Assembly (NCBI RefSeq): GCF_006345805.1
Contig: NW_021832580.1
Coordinates: 1-64,000 of the forward strand
Reading direction: 5' to 3'
DNA length: 64,000 nucleotides
Source: Octopus sinensis
Taxonomy: Eukaryota
Both the position numbers and the translations under genes were made by a program. The notes under the pieces were generated by a model. That model ran no database searches, was not told the DNA's origin, and was given only the letters and a program-made list of their open reading frames with translations. Below, piece by piece: positions 1 to 12,200 of this stretch (its first letter is position 1; each line of letters begins with the position of its first letter).

Positions 1-277
1 CAGACGATCATGCAGGCTATAAGCAGGGTTACTAAAATAAGAAAATAGAATCTTTTTTTTGTTTTACTTGTTTTAATCATTGCACGACGGCCATGCTGGG
101 GCACCTCCTTCAAGGATTTAGTGGAACAAATTGCCTCATGAGTACTTTTTTTCACTTTTTGGTTTGGTACTTATTCTATAGGTCTCTTTTGCCAAGTGCT
201 AAGTTACGAGAGCGTAAACAAAAAAACAATCGGTGTCAAGCTATGTTGAGCAACAAATAACACATATATGCATACAC

Positions 278-309
<32 letters not shown>

Positions 310-333
310 TATATATGTATGTATGTATATATC

Positions 334-364
<31 letters not shown>

Positions 365-553
365 ATATATATATATATAATATATATATATATAGATATA
401 TAATATATATATATATATATAACACAGTGTATATTTAAACACATTTAGAAGTATCCATCATAGGACTACCTTACGCTAGAGGAAACAGCAGGAACAGCCT
501 GCGTTCATAGCCATGGACGGAAAAATGACTGCCTATAATTAACGAAAGCTTTG

Positions 554-949
554 TCATATATATATATATAAAGCTGAAAGTTGTCTGTGTGTGACAGGTT
601 TGGTAGCCTTCAACTAACACTATCTCCTTCGTGACCCTGCGGCGCAAGTTGACTAAAATTAAGAGTATGATAGAAGAAGGCTTGCTCTTCCTTTCGTAGA
701 AGATAAAATTCAAATCGGACCATGTTAAGACCAAAAATTATTTACATCAAAAAGGTGCTTTTTTTCTATGAAAATCCATATTTTTTGCGATTTTTTGAGT
801 GCTGTGTCGCCATTTTTCGGTGTATTACAACCAGAAAAATGTTCACTTTAAGAGAATAACAAGCTACGTTATGCAAAATTTTTACTTTTCAAAAATTCCA
901 ATTCTAAAGGGTCCAAACAAACCCGAGCAACGCCGGACGATACTGCTAA
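554..949 (+). mobile_element. Non-autonomous Helitron (decayed)
   Basis: 5' TC(AT)nAAAGCTGAAAGTTG resembles the 7077 element. 3' hairpin CCCGAGCAACGCCGG (922-936) followed by CTAA|T. Confidence 0.55.
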
Positions 950-1344
950 TTAGCATTAAAATTTACCATCCAGTCACTATCCCATGATCATGCCGAGCAA
1001 ATGCTCAAATACATACAAATATCTCTGTGTGACGAGTGGATACGTGTATGATGTGAAGGGCAGTTATTCTCTATAATTATCGTTACTATAACCACAGGAC
1101 TGGTTATAATTTACATCATGAAATTATAAATTATGCATCATCTCCATTACTTTTCTTTTATTTATATATTTATTTATTTATTTCCATTATATTTAAAACA
1201 TGTCTGAAATATAACATTGCTTTTCAATTAGGCTTTTTATAAACCGCAGGATTTAAATTTCACATGGATTTCTGTGAATATTTCTATCGTTTAATGTTGA
1301 AGTAATGCGGCAGTGAACGTGGAGAATCGTTATGTCGTAGGTTT

Positions 1345-1878
1345 GGCTGTGTGGTAAGAAAGCTTGCATCCAGGTTCAGTCCCATTGTGTGGCACCTTGG
1401 GCAAGTGTCTTCTACTATAGCCTCAGGCCGACCAAGCCTTGTGAGTGGATTTGGTAAACGGAAACTGAAAGAAGCCTGTCGTCTATGTATGTATGTATGT
1501 ATGATGTATGTATGTATGTATGTATGTATATAGGGAGAGTTTATGAAAAAAACAAAAGACGAAGACAGGTGGTGTACAAAACAAACAGATGTATTAGTAT
1601 AACGCTCAGGAATAGAAAAGGTTTTTTACGTTTCGAGCCTACGCTCTTCTACAGAAAGGGACACAGAAAAATCAAGGAGAGAAACAAGGAGAGAAAAAAG
1701 GAATGTATGTATGTATGTATATATGTATGTATGTATTTATGTATGTATGTATGTATTTATGTGTGTCTTTCTTTATCCCCCCTGCCATCGCTTGACAACC
1801 GATGCTGATGTGTTTATTTCTCTGTAACCTAGCAGTTAGAGACCGATAGAATAAGTACTACGCTTACAAAGAATAAGT
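1345..1878 (+). mobile_element. SINE family A copy split by a hammerhead-like repeat (about 1532-1700)
   Basis: tRNA-like head GGCTGTGTGGTAAGAAAGC..GGTTCAGTCCC, body GGCACCTTGGGCAAGTGTCTTC, internal microsatellite; truncated by the mariner fragment. Confidence 0.8.
1622..1659 (-). ncRNA. Hammerhead-like motif with atypical core (copy 1)
   Basis: Minus strand: ccttt CUGUAGA a GAGC-guag-GCUC GAAA cg UA aaaaa. Confidence 0.4.
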
Positions 1879-2155
1879 CGTACTCTCCTGATTTGGCACC
1901 AACGGATTTCCACCTCTTTCGATCTCTTTCAAATGCTATGCCCGGGGTTTCGTTCAATACTGATCCAGAATTGAGAGCTTGGTTGGGTCATTCTTTCGAG
2001 TCGAAATCTAATGATTTCTACCAACGAGGTATTGAAAATCTTGTTGAACGTTGGGAAGAAGTTGTAAACAACAAGGGTGAATACTTATTGATATATTGTT
2101 GTTATTTTTCATTTAACTTCTTAAAAAATTGAAATTAAAAAACACGGCCAACCTA

Positions 2156-2157
<2 letters not shown>
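1878..2157 (+). mobile_element. Mariner transposase 3' fragment with right TIR remnant
   Basis: Translates YSPDLAPTDFHLFRSL...FYQRGIENLVERWEEVVNNKGEY (mariner YSPDLAP motif and C-terminus); ends CCAACCTAA followed by TA. Confidence 0.9.
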
Positions 2158-2186
<29 letters not shown>

Positions 2187-2566
2187 ATATATATTGTACA
2201 CATATTATATATATACACAATTACATATATATATGTACATACATAAAATCTAAATTAGAGATAAAAACACTATTACACTCTTTAATAATAATAATATAAT
2301 TTATTATTATTATTATTATTAATCATATATATATAGATATATATATATATAGATATATATATACACATATATATACATATATATATATATATACATATAT
2401 ATAAATATATATACATATATATATATATATACCTACATATAATATATAATATATATCTATATATGTGTATATATATATATGGAATTTTCAAAGAAAAACA
2501 AAAGATGAAGACAGGTGTATAAAACAACACACAGGTGTATTAGTGACGCTCGGGAATTTGAGAAGG

Positions 2567-2604
2567 TCTTTTACGTTTCGAGCCTACGCTCGTCAACAGG
2601 AAGA
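2567..2604 (-). ncRNA. Hammerhead-like motif with atypical core (copy 2, in repeat about 2481-2640)
   Basis: Minus strand: ucuuc CUGUUGA c GAGC-guag-GCUC GAAA cg UA aaaga. Confidence 0.4.
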
Positions 2605-2668
2605 TACACGAGAAAATAAACAGAGAGAATAAAAAACAAAAGCTTTAGTGACTAGCAGTCGATCATGG

Positions 2669-2702
<34 letters not shown>

Positions 2703-3071
2703 ATATATATATATATATAAAAATATATATATATATATACACGCACGCAAATTATATTCAGAAAGTAGCTTTAATGTACTTTATTAACTGCAAAACTAGT
2801 CAAAATGATGAATTTTTGCAGTTAATAAATTATGTTTAAAGGCACTTCTCGATTTTCTGAAGTTTAATTTGAATATTTATGAACCAAGATTTATACTTAA
2901 ACTTATTATTTTAGGAATATTACAATTCATTAAAAAATAATAGTCAACGAACCAGTAATTCATTAGTTATTTTTTATCTCTTAATCAGGCTATTTTAATC
3001 TCTATTTGAATTATATATATAAATGTATATATATATATAAATATTTATATACATATTCATATATATAATTA

Positions 3072-3235
3072 AGAGTGGCTGTGTGGTAAGTAGCTTGCTT
3101 ACCAACCACATGTTTCCCGGGTTCAGTCCCACAGCGAGGCACCTTGGGGCAAGTGTCATCTGCTATAGACTTGTGAGTGGATTTGGTAGACGGAAACTGA
3201 AAGAAGCTCGTCGTATATATGTATATATATATACA

Positions 3236-3282
<47 letters not shown>

Positions 3283-3478
3283 TTGTCTCCCCCAACATCG
3301 CTTGACAACCGATGGTGGTGTGTTTACGTACTCGTAACTTAGCGGTTCGGCAAAAGAAAACGATAGAATAATTACTAGGCTGCCAAAGAATATGTCCTGG
3401 GGTCGATTTGTTCGACTAAAGGCGGTGCTTCAGCATGGCCGCATGACTGAAACAAGTAGAAGAGTAAAAGAGAGTAAG
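3072..3478 (+). mobile_element. SINE family A, near full length
   Basis: Head, internal (TA)n(TG)n, and 3' GGCGGTGCTTCAGCATGGCCGC..TGACTGAAACAAG with AAAGAG-type tail. Confidence 0.85.
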
Positions 3479-3479
3479 A

Positions 3480-3543
<64 letters not shown>

Positions 3544-3881
3544 TTATAATTATATGTATGTCTTTATGTCTGTGTTTGACCTACAACCACTACCACAACC
3601 ACCGATGTTGGTGTGTTTACGTCCCCGTAACTTAGCAGTTCGGCAAAAGTGATCGATAGAATAGCAGGCTTACAAAGAATATGTCACGGGGCCGATTTCT
3701 TCGACTAAAAGAATTTAGTCGGTGCACCAGCATGGCCGCATGACTGAAACAAGTTATGGAATATTTTACATACTCGTTATTGGGAAATAGCAGCGAGATC
3801 TTTTTCAAATCATAGCTCTTGTCTTCTGAAAGAAGGACAAATGTGATAAGACTAAGCAATACCTAGTTCATTCATCTAAAT

Positions 3882-4583
3882 CAGGGGTTCTCAACCATCT
3901 TTTATCTATGGACCCCTTCGATTACTGTTTTATTCTGGTGGACCCTACTAGCCATTCGATGTTTAAAAAACTAGTTTTATAGAAACTTCTTTCTAAATTC
4001 CTATTTTATTTGTCACCCATTAACTTGTGTAGGTTGAACTATGTAAAATGTTAGAGAAAGAAACCCAGCTGTTCCTTGCAATACACACCAATACATACAT
4101 CTAAAGTAAAATATTTCCAGGGACCTTTAACCCTTTCGTTACTGTATTTATTTCGAGATGCTTTGTATTTCTTTCAATTACTTTAAATATAACAAAGAAT
4201 TTAGTAAAAATAACTTAGCTGCCATTAAACTAGTGTTAGGAACATAAATTATGACTAAGGTTTGGTGGAAGATTTTAATTCAAAACTTATGAAAAAAAGA
4301 CATTTGTACTCAGAGCCAGAGGTGGTTTCAGCCGGGTTGGTATCAAAAGGGTTAAGCTAGTATTAGGAACAGTATTTGTGACTAAGGTTTGGTGGAAGAT
4401 TTTAATTCAAAACTTATGAAAAAAAGACATTTGTACTCAGAGCCAGAGCCGGTTTCAGCTGGGTTGGTATCAAAAGGGTTAAAATACTATTCTGGACCCC
4501 CAACTTACTATTTTGTTTTGTGGACCCCCAAAAATCTAATATGGTCCCTCAGGGATCTTTTGGAGCCAGGTTGAGCACCACTG
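3882..4583. mobile_element. hAT-type MITE
   Basis: TIRs CAGGGGTTCTCAACC / GGTTGAGCACCACTG; exact 8-bp TSD ATCTAAAT at 3874-3881 and 4584-4591. Confidence 0.9.
4131..4478. mobile_element. piggyBac-type MITE nested in the hAT MITE, right end tandemly duplicated
   Basis: TTAA|CCCTTTCGTTAC ... GGTATCAAAAGGG|TTAA; the last ~127 bp occur twice (ending at 4351 and 4478). Confidence 0.8.
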
Positions 4584-5009
4584 ATCTAAATTTGTTGTCG
4601 CAGCTGTAAAGACACACATTATCGTTCTGCTTCTCATAGATATTTTCAGAAACAATTTAAAAAGATTTTATTTAGTTTTTATATAATGCAACTTTCACCT
4701 AGGGCTAGGTGAAGACCTCATTTTTATTCCTTTGTCGAGGGAATAATCAATCAATCAATATAATGTTTAATTTTCTCAAAATTCTCGAAATAAATGTATT
4801 TAACAACTGAAATAATTGACAAACTCGTTATTTCACGATTAATTTGCTCAAAATTTTCCCAATAAATATATTAATAAATAAAATAACTGGAAAACACGAA
4901 TTTTTATATTTACATACTGAAAATTTTTCCAAATAAATATGCTTAAGAAATAACGTAATTGACGAATTCAAAGAATGTCAAGTAATTAAAAAACAAATTA
5001 AGAGTGCTT

Positions 5010-5170
5010 TGACGATCGCGTTTTCTCTTCTGAGCGCTTTCATCTTTTTCTAACCAGAGGCTATAATATGCATTATCTCCCATCATTGCAGTAGACAAGC
5101 GACCTTGCTCTTTATGCCCCATTGTTGCAATATCTTAGTGAAACCTTTTACTGTGTTCTTTAATGATGTC
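5010..5170 (-). pseudogene. Decayed DNA-transposase C-terminal fragment
   Basis: Translates EHSKRFH*DIATMGHKEQGRLSTAMMGD, resembling the widespread EEHGERFHQDIxxMExRYQGRWxxxMMxDYCW transposase tail; superfamily not assigned. Confidence 0.55.
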
Positions 5171-5493
5171 ATGTACGAAGCGGTGCTGAAAAGTTCATGG
5201 CTTCAGATAAAAGAAAATACAAGAAGATCAGTTAATTATGATTTTAGTGAACATATTCCCGTCTCGGATTCACACACTTATTGCAGCGGTCCTTCAGTTT
5301 CTGAAAGCCCTGTAAAAGAACTCGGGAGGGTTGGGCCTCTAGCCAGGTCTTTCGCGATACACTTAAAACCAGAAACTTTTCTGTACCCCCTCGTAAGTTT
5401 CCACGGAAACAAATCGAGACGTCAATGCAAGAAATGTATGTTTAAGGACATGTGACAGCCCATGTTCACCTGTTACTGATTATTGCTACTAGT

Positions 5494-5765
5494 TGTGGAG
5501 GCACATGTCCTAGTGGTTAGAGCAGACCGGACGATGTGTGTGTTTATGAGCGAAACACCTAAGCTCCACGCGGCTCCGGCAGAAGATAATGGTGAAACTT
5601 CTGCTGACTCTTTCGCCACAACTTTCTATAACTCTTTCTTCCTGCATCTTATAGCTTACCTGCGATGGACCGGCGTCCCATCCAGGTGGGAGAATCTATA
5701 CGCCAAGGAAACTGGGAAACCGGCCCTTATGAACCAGAGCATGGCTCGAGAAGGAACAAACAACA
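5494..5765 (+). mobile_element. SINE family D (tRNA-derived), internally deleted
   Basis: GTGGAGGCACATGTCCTAGTGGTTAGAGC head; body matches minus-strand copies at about 15885-16058 and 24045-24357. Confidence 0.8.
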
Positions 5766-6227
5766 TTGCTACTAGTTCCCTACAGCTAAGAGTATTGGAA
5801 ATCAATAGAAATCCACATAGTTCAGGAGAACAAGGTTTGTCTTACTCGCCAATAGACATTTCAAAGTACAATCAATATGCTATCCAGAAAAGAAAACGGC
5901 GAGCTGGCAGAATCGTTAGCATGCCGGGCAAAATGCTTAGCGGCATTTCGTCCGTCTGTGCATTCTGAGTTCAAATTCCGCCGGGGTTGACTTTGCTTTT
6001 CATCCTTTCGTGGGCGATAAAACAAGTACCAGTTGAACAGTGAAGTCGAAGAAATTGAATAGCCCCCCCTCCACACCAAAATTACTGGCTTTCTACCAAA
6101 ATTTGAAACCAATATGCTGTCCAGAAAATAAGGTGGCGAGATGGCAGAATCGTTAGCACGCCAGGCAAAATGCTTAGCGGCATTTCGTCCGTCTTTACAT
6201 TCTGAGTTCAAAATACCACCGAGGTCG

Positions 6228-6698
6228 TACATTATTTACATTATTTACATTCAACGGATATTTGTCCTCATCTTGTTTGTTGTTAACACGTTTCGGCTGA
6301 TATATCCTCCAGCCTTCTTCAGGTCTTGGGGAAACTTCGAACCTGGGTTCTCATTCCTAAGGTATTTGAGTTCAAATTCCGCCGAAGTCGACTTTGCCTT
6401 TCATCCTTTCGGGGTCGATAAATTAAGTACCAGTTACGCACTGGGGTCGATGTAATCGACTTAATCCGTTTGTCTGTCCTTATTTGTCCCCTCTGTGTTT
6501 AGCCCCTTGTGGGTAGTAAAGAAATAGTTATTATCATTATTGTTATTGTTCAAGTCACTACTTGGAATCGAACTCGGAATCTTGGGGTTAGTAACCCGCG
6601 TTCTTAACCACTACGCCATATGATAAGGACAAATATCCGTCGAATGTAAATAATGTAAATAATGTACATAATTCCTCATCTCTTAAATATAGAACTGT
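6228..6698. mobile_element. PLE-type terminal-repeat insertion with inverted ends, nested SINEs and 13-bp TSD
   Basis: ACCACCGAGGTCG duplicated at 6215-6227 and 6699-6711. Hammerhead-bearing repeat on minus strand (6228-6363) and an inverted partial copy (6622-6698) enclose SINE B and SINE E copies. Confidence 0.7.
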
Positions 6699-7076
6699 AC
6701 CACCGAGGTCGACTTTGCTGTTCATCCTTTCATGGGCGATAAAATAAGTACCAGTTGAACACTGCGGCCGATTACATCCACTAACCTCCTCTCCACTGGA
6801 ATTACAGGCCTTGTACCAAATTTTGAAAACAATATGTTATCCAGAATTTGGCGCCTTTCACCAGTACGTGTCAGATCTTCAGTTTCCTGCATAATATCTT
6901 TAAAAATAGCAAAATGCGTTTGTAGATCTATGGATTTCTAATTGGAATATTTAAAAAAATCAAAATTTACAAATCTAGAAAACAACGTGAAACAGGAAAA
7001 AATGCATTCTATGAATTTAGATGCGTAAGAATAAAATTTCAGATTGACGTCATAGTAATTTAGAAATTTCAGGAAA

Positions 7077-7586
7077 TCTATATATATAAAACTGTAGTTG
7101 TGTGAGTGTCTGTCCCCTTCGATTTAGATTCCTAACTACTCCCACATTTTGCGGTGCAGTTTAACCAAATTCGGGTATCTTATAGTCGTGATTCATATCG
7201 AGCCCGTATGGCTATTAGCGCGCGGTCTACGATGAGTCTACGATTTAAAAATAATTTAACATCATTTTTTATTTCCAATTAATGCATAAATTTTTGTGTG
7301 TCGATGGCGGTGGAGTGGCGTCCACGCTCACAGTGCACCTGTGTTGATTTTCCCCATCTTCCTCCCTCGTGAAGCTGTGGGGAAGGGAGTGTAAGGAAAT
7401 CAACGTCGCAAAGCGTTGTCAAGGAGACCAGCGTTCTTTTAGAACAACGACTTCATGGCTTGAAGACACCAAAACAGAAATGGCTAAGAAAGCCCGAATT
7501 GGCATCTATAAGGGAAGTAACTCTCTAAAAATGCTTATATAGTTATTTCCCTTACAAACCCGAGCAACGCCGGGCGATACTGCTAG
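7077..7586 (+). mobile_element. Non-autonomous Helitron
   Basis: A|TCTATATATATAAAACTG 5' end; subterminal hairpin CCCGAGCAACGCCGGG (7559-7574); CTAG|T 3' end; inserted at A-T with no TSD. Confidence 0.85.
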
Positions 7587-8412
7587 TATGGAATAAATTG
7601 TGAACTCGGAGTAAAAAAAAAAGCTATAAATAATAGCGAGTAAATATTGAACAGTAAAACTCGAAAGCTAAATGTGGATTCGAACCCCCATCTTCTGTAA
7701 ACATGACAGACGTTCTGACATTTTACCAAAACAATACGTCGAATCTCTCCTTCCATTCTAGAAGCTTTGCTCTTACCAGATGAAATTGGTATAAGTGTGC
7801 GGTTAAGAAGCTCGCTTTGCAACCATGCGGTTTCGGGTTCAGTCCTCGAAACCGCATGGTTGCATCTTGGGTAAGGGTCTTCTACTATAGTCCCGGGCTG
7901 GCCAATGCCTGATGAGTGAATTTGGTATGCAGAAAATATGTGGAATCCCGCCGTATACATGTGCGTCAGTGTGTGTATGTGGGGGTGTCTGTGTGGAGGT
8001 GTTTGTCTATACCACCCGGTATCACTTTACAACCGGTACTGGTTTGCTTACGTCCTCGTAACATAGAGGTTTCTGCTACAGTGATTGATAGAATAACTAC
8101 CAGACATCTATAATACATTAAAAGTGAAGGGCGCATAATGAGAAAATATTTTGAAAGTAAAAAACCCCTGAAATGTGAATACGAACGAAATAAAATAAGT
8201 TTCACGTAAAGTGGAACAGTAGTTATTGAGATATTCGGGGTTTGGGGGTATAGATACCCAAAACGGTGCATAATAGGAAAATACTCCGAAAATAACTTAA
8301 CCCTGAAAGGGAAGAAACTCTAACCTTTCCATTAGACACATTATGATGGGCAAAATATTTTACAGAAAATATTTCGTAAAAGAGCCAAGTACATTCAATG
8401 TATCTCACCGCC

Positions 8413-8520
8413 AAAGATTTGGCTGCTATTTCTAGCATGCCCTGCTACCACGTAGCGATAAAGGACCCGAAATACCTGTTACGTGGTAGCAGTGCATGCG
8501 AGAAATAGCAGTCAGATTTT
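8413..8520. repeat. Imperfect inverted repeat (about 40-bp arms, 21-nt loop)
   Basis: TTGGCTGCTATTTCTAGCATGCCCTGCTACCACGTAGC pairs with GTTACGTGGTAGCAGTGCATGCGAGAAATAGCAGTCAG. Confidence 0.8.
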
Positions 8521-8662
8521 TTCTTTTCTGAGGAAAGGAGTCGTTGACGCGTGATTTCGATGTCACATTCTTAAATATGATGGGCAAATTTTTCTTAAGT
8601 GAAATGACTTTAAAATACGGTAAATATTTCGTATAATATATTATCTATATATATATATATCT

Positions 8663-8701
<39 letters not shown>

Positions 8702-8704
<3 letters not shown>

Positions 8705-9090
8705 CGTAGGAGTGGCTATGTGGTAAGTAGCTTGCTTACGAACCACATGGTTCCGGGTTCAGTTCCACTGCGTGGCACCTGGGCAAAGTATCTTCTACTA
8801 TAGCCTCGAGCCCTGTGAATGGATTTGGTAGACGGAAACTGAAAGAAGCCCTTCATATATATATATATATGTTGTTATTTGTGTCTATGTTTGTCCCACC
8901 ACCACCACCACCATCGCTTGACAACTGATGATGGTATGCTAACTTCCCCGTAACTTAGCGTTTCGGCAAAAAGAGACGGATAGAATAAGTACTAGGCTTA
9001 CAAAGAATAAGTCCCGGCGTTGATTTGTTCGACTAATGGCAGTGCTCCAGCATGGCCGCAGTCAAATGACTGAAGCAAGTAAAATAATAA
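8702..9090 (+). mobile_element. SINE family A, full length
   Basis: AGGCGTAGGAGTGGCT head to CAGTCAAATGACTGAAGCAAG tail, within (TA)n. About 20 further full or partial copies occur, e.g. near 14600-15000, 19601-20045, 20417-20850, 23020-23413, 26960-27378, 30150-30825, 42718-43075, 47465-47875, 48100-48505, 56110-56542. Confidence 0.9.
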
Positions 9091-9163
9091 AAGAATTATA
9101 TATATACATATATATAAATATATATATATATATATTAGGAATTAATAATTAAATAAAATTAAT

Positions 9164-9217
<54 letters not shown>

Positions 9218-9428
9218 CAGAGATAGACGTACACGTAAGCACGCATATGCATATACATATATACAAGGTCACACACACATTTATGTATGCATATGTACAT
9301 ATGTGTGTGTGTGTATTTAGGTATGTGTGTGCGTGTTTGTGTATGTGTGTGCGTGTTTGTGTATGTGTGTGCACAAGTCTTGTGTTTTCTGTATCTACGC
9401 TTCTCCCAGCCACAGCTGTTCACACCGC

Positions 9429-9538
9429 AGTTCCACACAGTTCCACATAGTTCCACGCAGTTCCACATAGTTCCACGTAGTTCCACGTAGTTCCACGTAG
9501 TTCCACATAGTTCCACATAGTTCCACGTAGTTCCACAC
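9429..9538. repeat. 10-bp tandem minisatellite (AGTTCCACRY) x11
   Basis: Directly visible, with alternating AT/GT/GC/AC variants. Confidence 0.95.
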
Positions 9539-9916
9539 TGTTAGAGAACAAATGGTTATAGAAGAACAAGCGAGTGGAGAACGCGTAGGCCTGCCTTAGC
9601 TTGTCGGTGCACACGTACCGACATGTTCGATATGAATCGAATTGAAAGAAGGAAAAGCGATATCGTGTCGAAAAATAGGAGAAGAACCAGCCAGATTTGC
9701 TTGCATGCATTGACTGAATCGCATCTACCTGCAGTCGGCTGGTTCCTGTCGGAGTGTGTGTTGATAATAATGAGTGTGTTGTCGTCTAATGTAAAAGAAA
9801 AGCAACAAAAAAACGATCGCACGTTGTATGTATGTATGTATGTATGTACGTATGTATGTATGTACGTATGTGTATATGCTGATGTATATATATATATATA
9901 TATAAATATATTCATT

Positions 9917-9959
<43 letters not shown>

Positions 9960-10207
9960 ATCGTAAAAGAGAAAGAAGAAAAAAATGAAAAAAAAGGAAT
10001 AGAAAAAAGAAAAGAAAACGATCAATAGGGATCGTGTATCACGGTGTCATAATGTAAGGTGTAAAGGGGGAACCAGATAAGGTTAATCCGTGGGAAGAAA
10101 AGCATACGGAAAAGACCACGGTAACTTCGGTCAATATTGTTACATGTTACCACATTTGTTTGCAAGTAGGTAACCCTGTTTTAAATTTTCCGGGTTCATA
10201 GGAAATT

Positions 10208-10246
<39 letters not shown>

Positions 10247-10316
10247 CATGTATGTATATATAATAATAGATCGGTGTATTTTCTCCTTATACATCACTCT
10301 ATGCATATAAATTTTG

Positions 10317-10363
<47 letters not shown>

Positions 10364-10513
10364 TATATATATATATATATATAATATATATATATATATA
10401 TAATATGTGTGTGTGTGTGTGTGTGTGTGTATGTATCTATGAACATATATGTTTGTATGAATCAGTTGTGAGTTTATCAGTCTCTCTCTCTCTCTCTCAC
10501 CCATACATACACA

Positions 10514-10626
<113 letters not shown>

Positions 10627-11008
10627 CAGACTGGCAGATATAGTTACGAAGCGAGTGAGAAAGTTGGTGATGGTGATGGATCTCCGTCATTGGACGATGA
10701 GTATTCAGTTATTCGATCCACTGAATTACCTGCCCCTGAATTCCTGTACGTGTTAGTGGCGGAGCATTCCACAGACACAGAGTAAGAGAAGTAGGCGAGA
10801 CAGAGTTATTTTAATTTCGAGTACAATTCATCCGAAGGGCTTCTATTCAGTTTCCGCTTTCATTATGTCATTCGCAATGAATGGGTCGACCGAAGATGGT
10901 TTTTAAAAAAGTTGGGATTTGCTGAAGAGGTCACGCAGTAGGATCGAATCCAGGACCTCACTTTTGCAAAATGAATTTCTGAAACATTCGAACATACGGT
11001 CCATACAT

Positions 11009-11097
<89 letters not shown>

Positions 11098-11098
<1 letters not shown>

Positions 11099-11460
11099 TG
11101 TTTCTTTATTAGCCATACAGGGCTGCACACAGACGGGACAGATTACAAAGTAGAGCTTTTCTTTTTTGGGGAGCGAGAATAAAAAAAGGTGGAGTAGGTT
11201 TTCGATCAAAAGGGATCGTAAAAGAGAAAGAAGAAAAAATGAAAAAAAAGGAATAGAAAAAAGAAAAAAAAAAACGATCAATAGGGATCGTGTATCACGG
11301 TGTCATAATGTAAGGTGTAAAGGGGGAACCAGATAAGGTTAATCCGTGGGAGAAAAGCATACGGAAAAGACCACGGTAACTTCGTTCGGTCAATATGTTA
11401 CATGTTACCAACATTTTGTTTGCAAGTAGGTAACCCTGTTTTAAATTTTCCGGTTCATAG
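11098..11460 (-). mobile_element. LINE 3'-UTR-like repeat (probably L1/Tx1 type); related copies at about 9957-10205 and 61456-61600
   Basis: On the minus strand ends GCCCTGTATGGCTAATAAAGAAACA followed by (TCTA)n; about 250 bp shared with 9957-10205. Confidence 0.55.
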
Positions 11461-11528
11461 GAAATTTTCCGGTTCATGCATTAATAGATAGAATAGATAG
11501 ATACACATACACATATTATATGTGTATG

Positions 11529-11571
<43 letters not shown>

Positions 11572-11741
11572 TATATATTATATGTGGTGTGTGTGTGTGG
11601 GTGTGTGTGTGTATATTATATAAGTATTATGTATGTAATGAATATATGTATGTGTGTATTACATATATATTTATAAATGTTAAGTACTACCCCACAGGAG
11701 GGACCAAATCCCCGACTCCTATTTAAAAGACCAGCGTCCTT

Positions 11742-11792
11742 GCCTCCGTAGCTCAGTGGTTAGAGTACTGGTTTTGTAAACGATGGTTCGAA
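11742..11792 (+). pseudogene. tRNA-Thr(TGT)-derived fragment
   Basis: GCCTCCGTAGCTCAGTGGTTAGAGTACTGGTTTTGTAAAC: D arm and TGT anticodon loop present; T arm and 3' acceptor strand deleted. Confidence 0.55.
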
Positions 11793-11844
11793 TATTTTTT
11801 TTCTACTCTAAGCACAAGGCCCGAAACTTTTAGGAGGGAAGGGC

Positions 11845-12200
11845 GCCAGTCGATTATATCGACCCCAGTGCGTAACTGGTACTTAATTTATCGACCCCGA
11901 AAGGATGGAAGGCAAAGTCAACCACGGCGGAATTTGAACTCAAAACGTAACGGCAGACGAAATACCTATTTCTTTACTACCCACAAGGGGCTAAATATAG
12001 AGGGACACAAACAAGGACAGACAAATGGATTAAGTCGATTACATCGACCCCAGTGCGTAACTGGTACTTAATTTATCGTCCTCGAAAGGATGAAAAGCAA
12101 AGTCGACCTAGACGGAATTTGAACTCAGAACGTAGCGGCAGACGAAATACCGCTAAGCATTTCGCCCGGCGTGCTAACGGTTCTGCCGGCTCGCCGCCTT
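11845..12200 (-). mobile_element. SINE family B, two-unit tandem
   Basis: Head GGCGGCGAGCCGGCAGAACCGTTAGCAC on the minus strand, then a repeated body. Confidence 0.85.

Noticed and set aside
5105-5455. Plus-strand ORF ending RRQCKKC as a piggyBac cysteine-rich tail
   Set aside because: Only one CxxC, and it overlaps a minus-strand transposase relic; insufficient support.
6841-6889. Hammerhead-like motif on the minus strand (CUGAAGA..GAAA-ggcgcc)
   Set aside because: U16.1 is absent and stems I and II pair poorly; at best a heavily decayed relic.
11742-11792. Functional tRNA gene; likewise the tRNA-like heads of SINEs A, B, D and E
   Set aside because: Acceptor and T stems are incomplete; no full cloverleaf.
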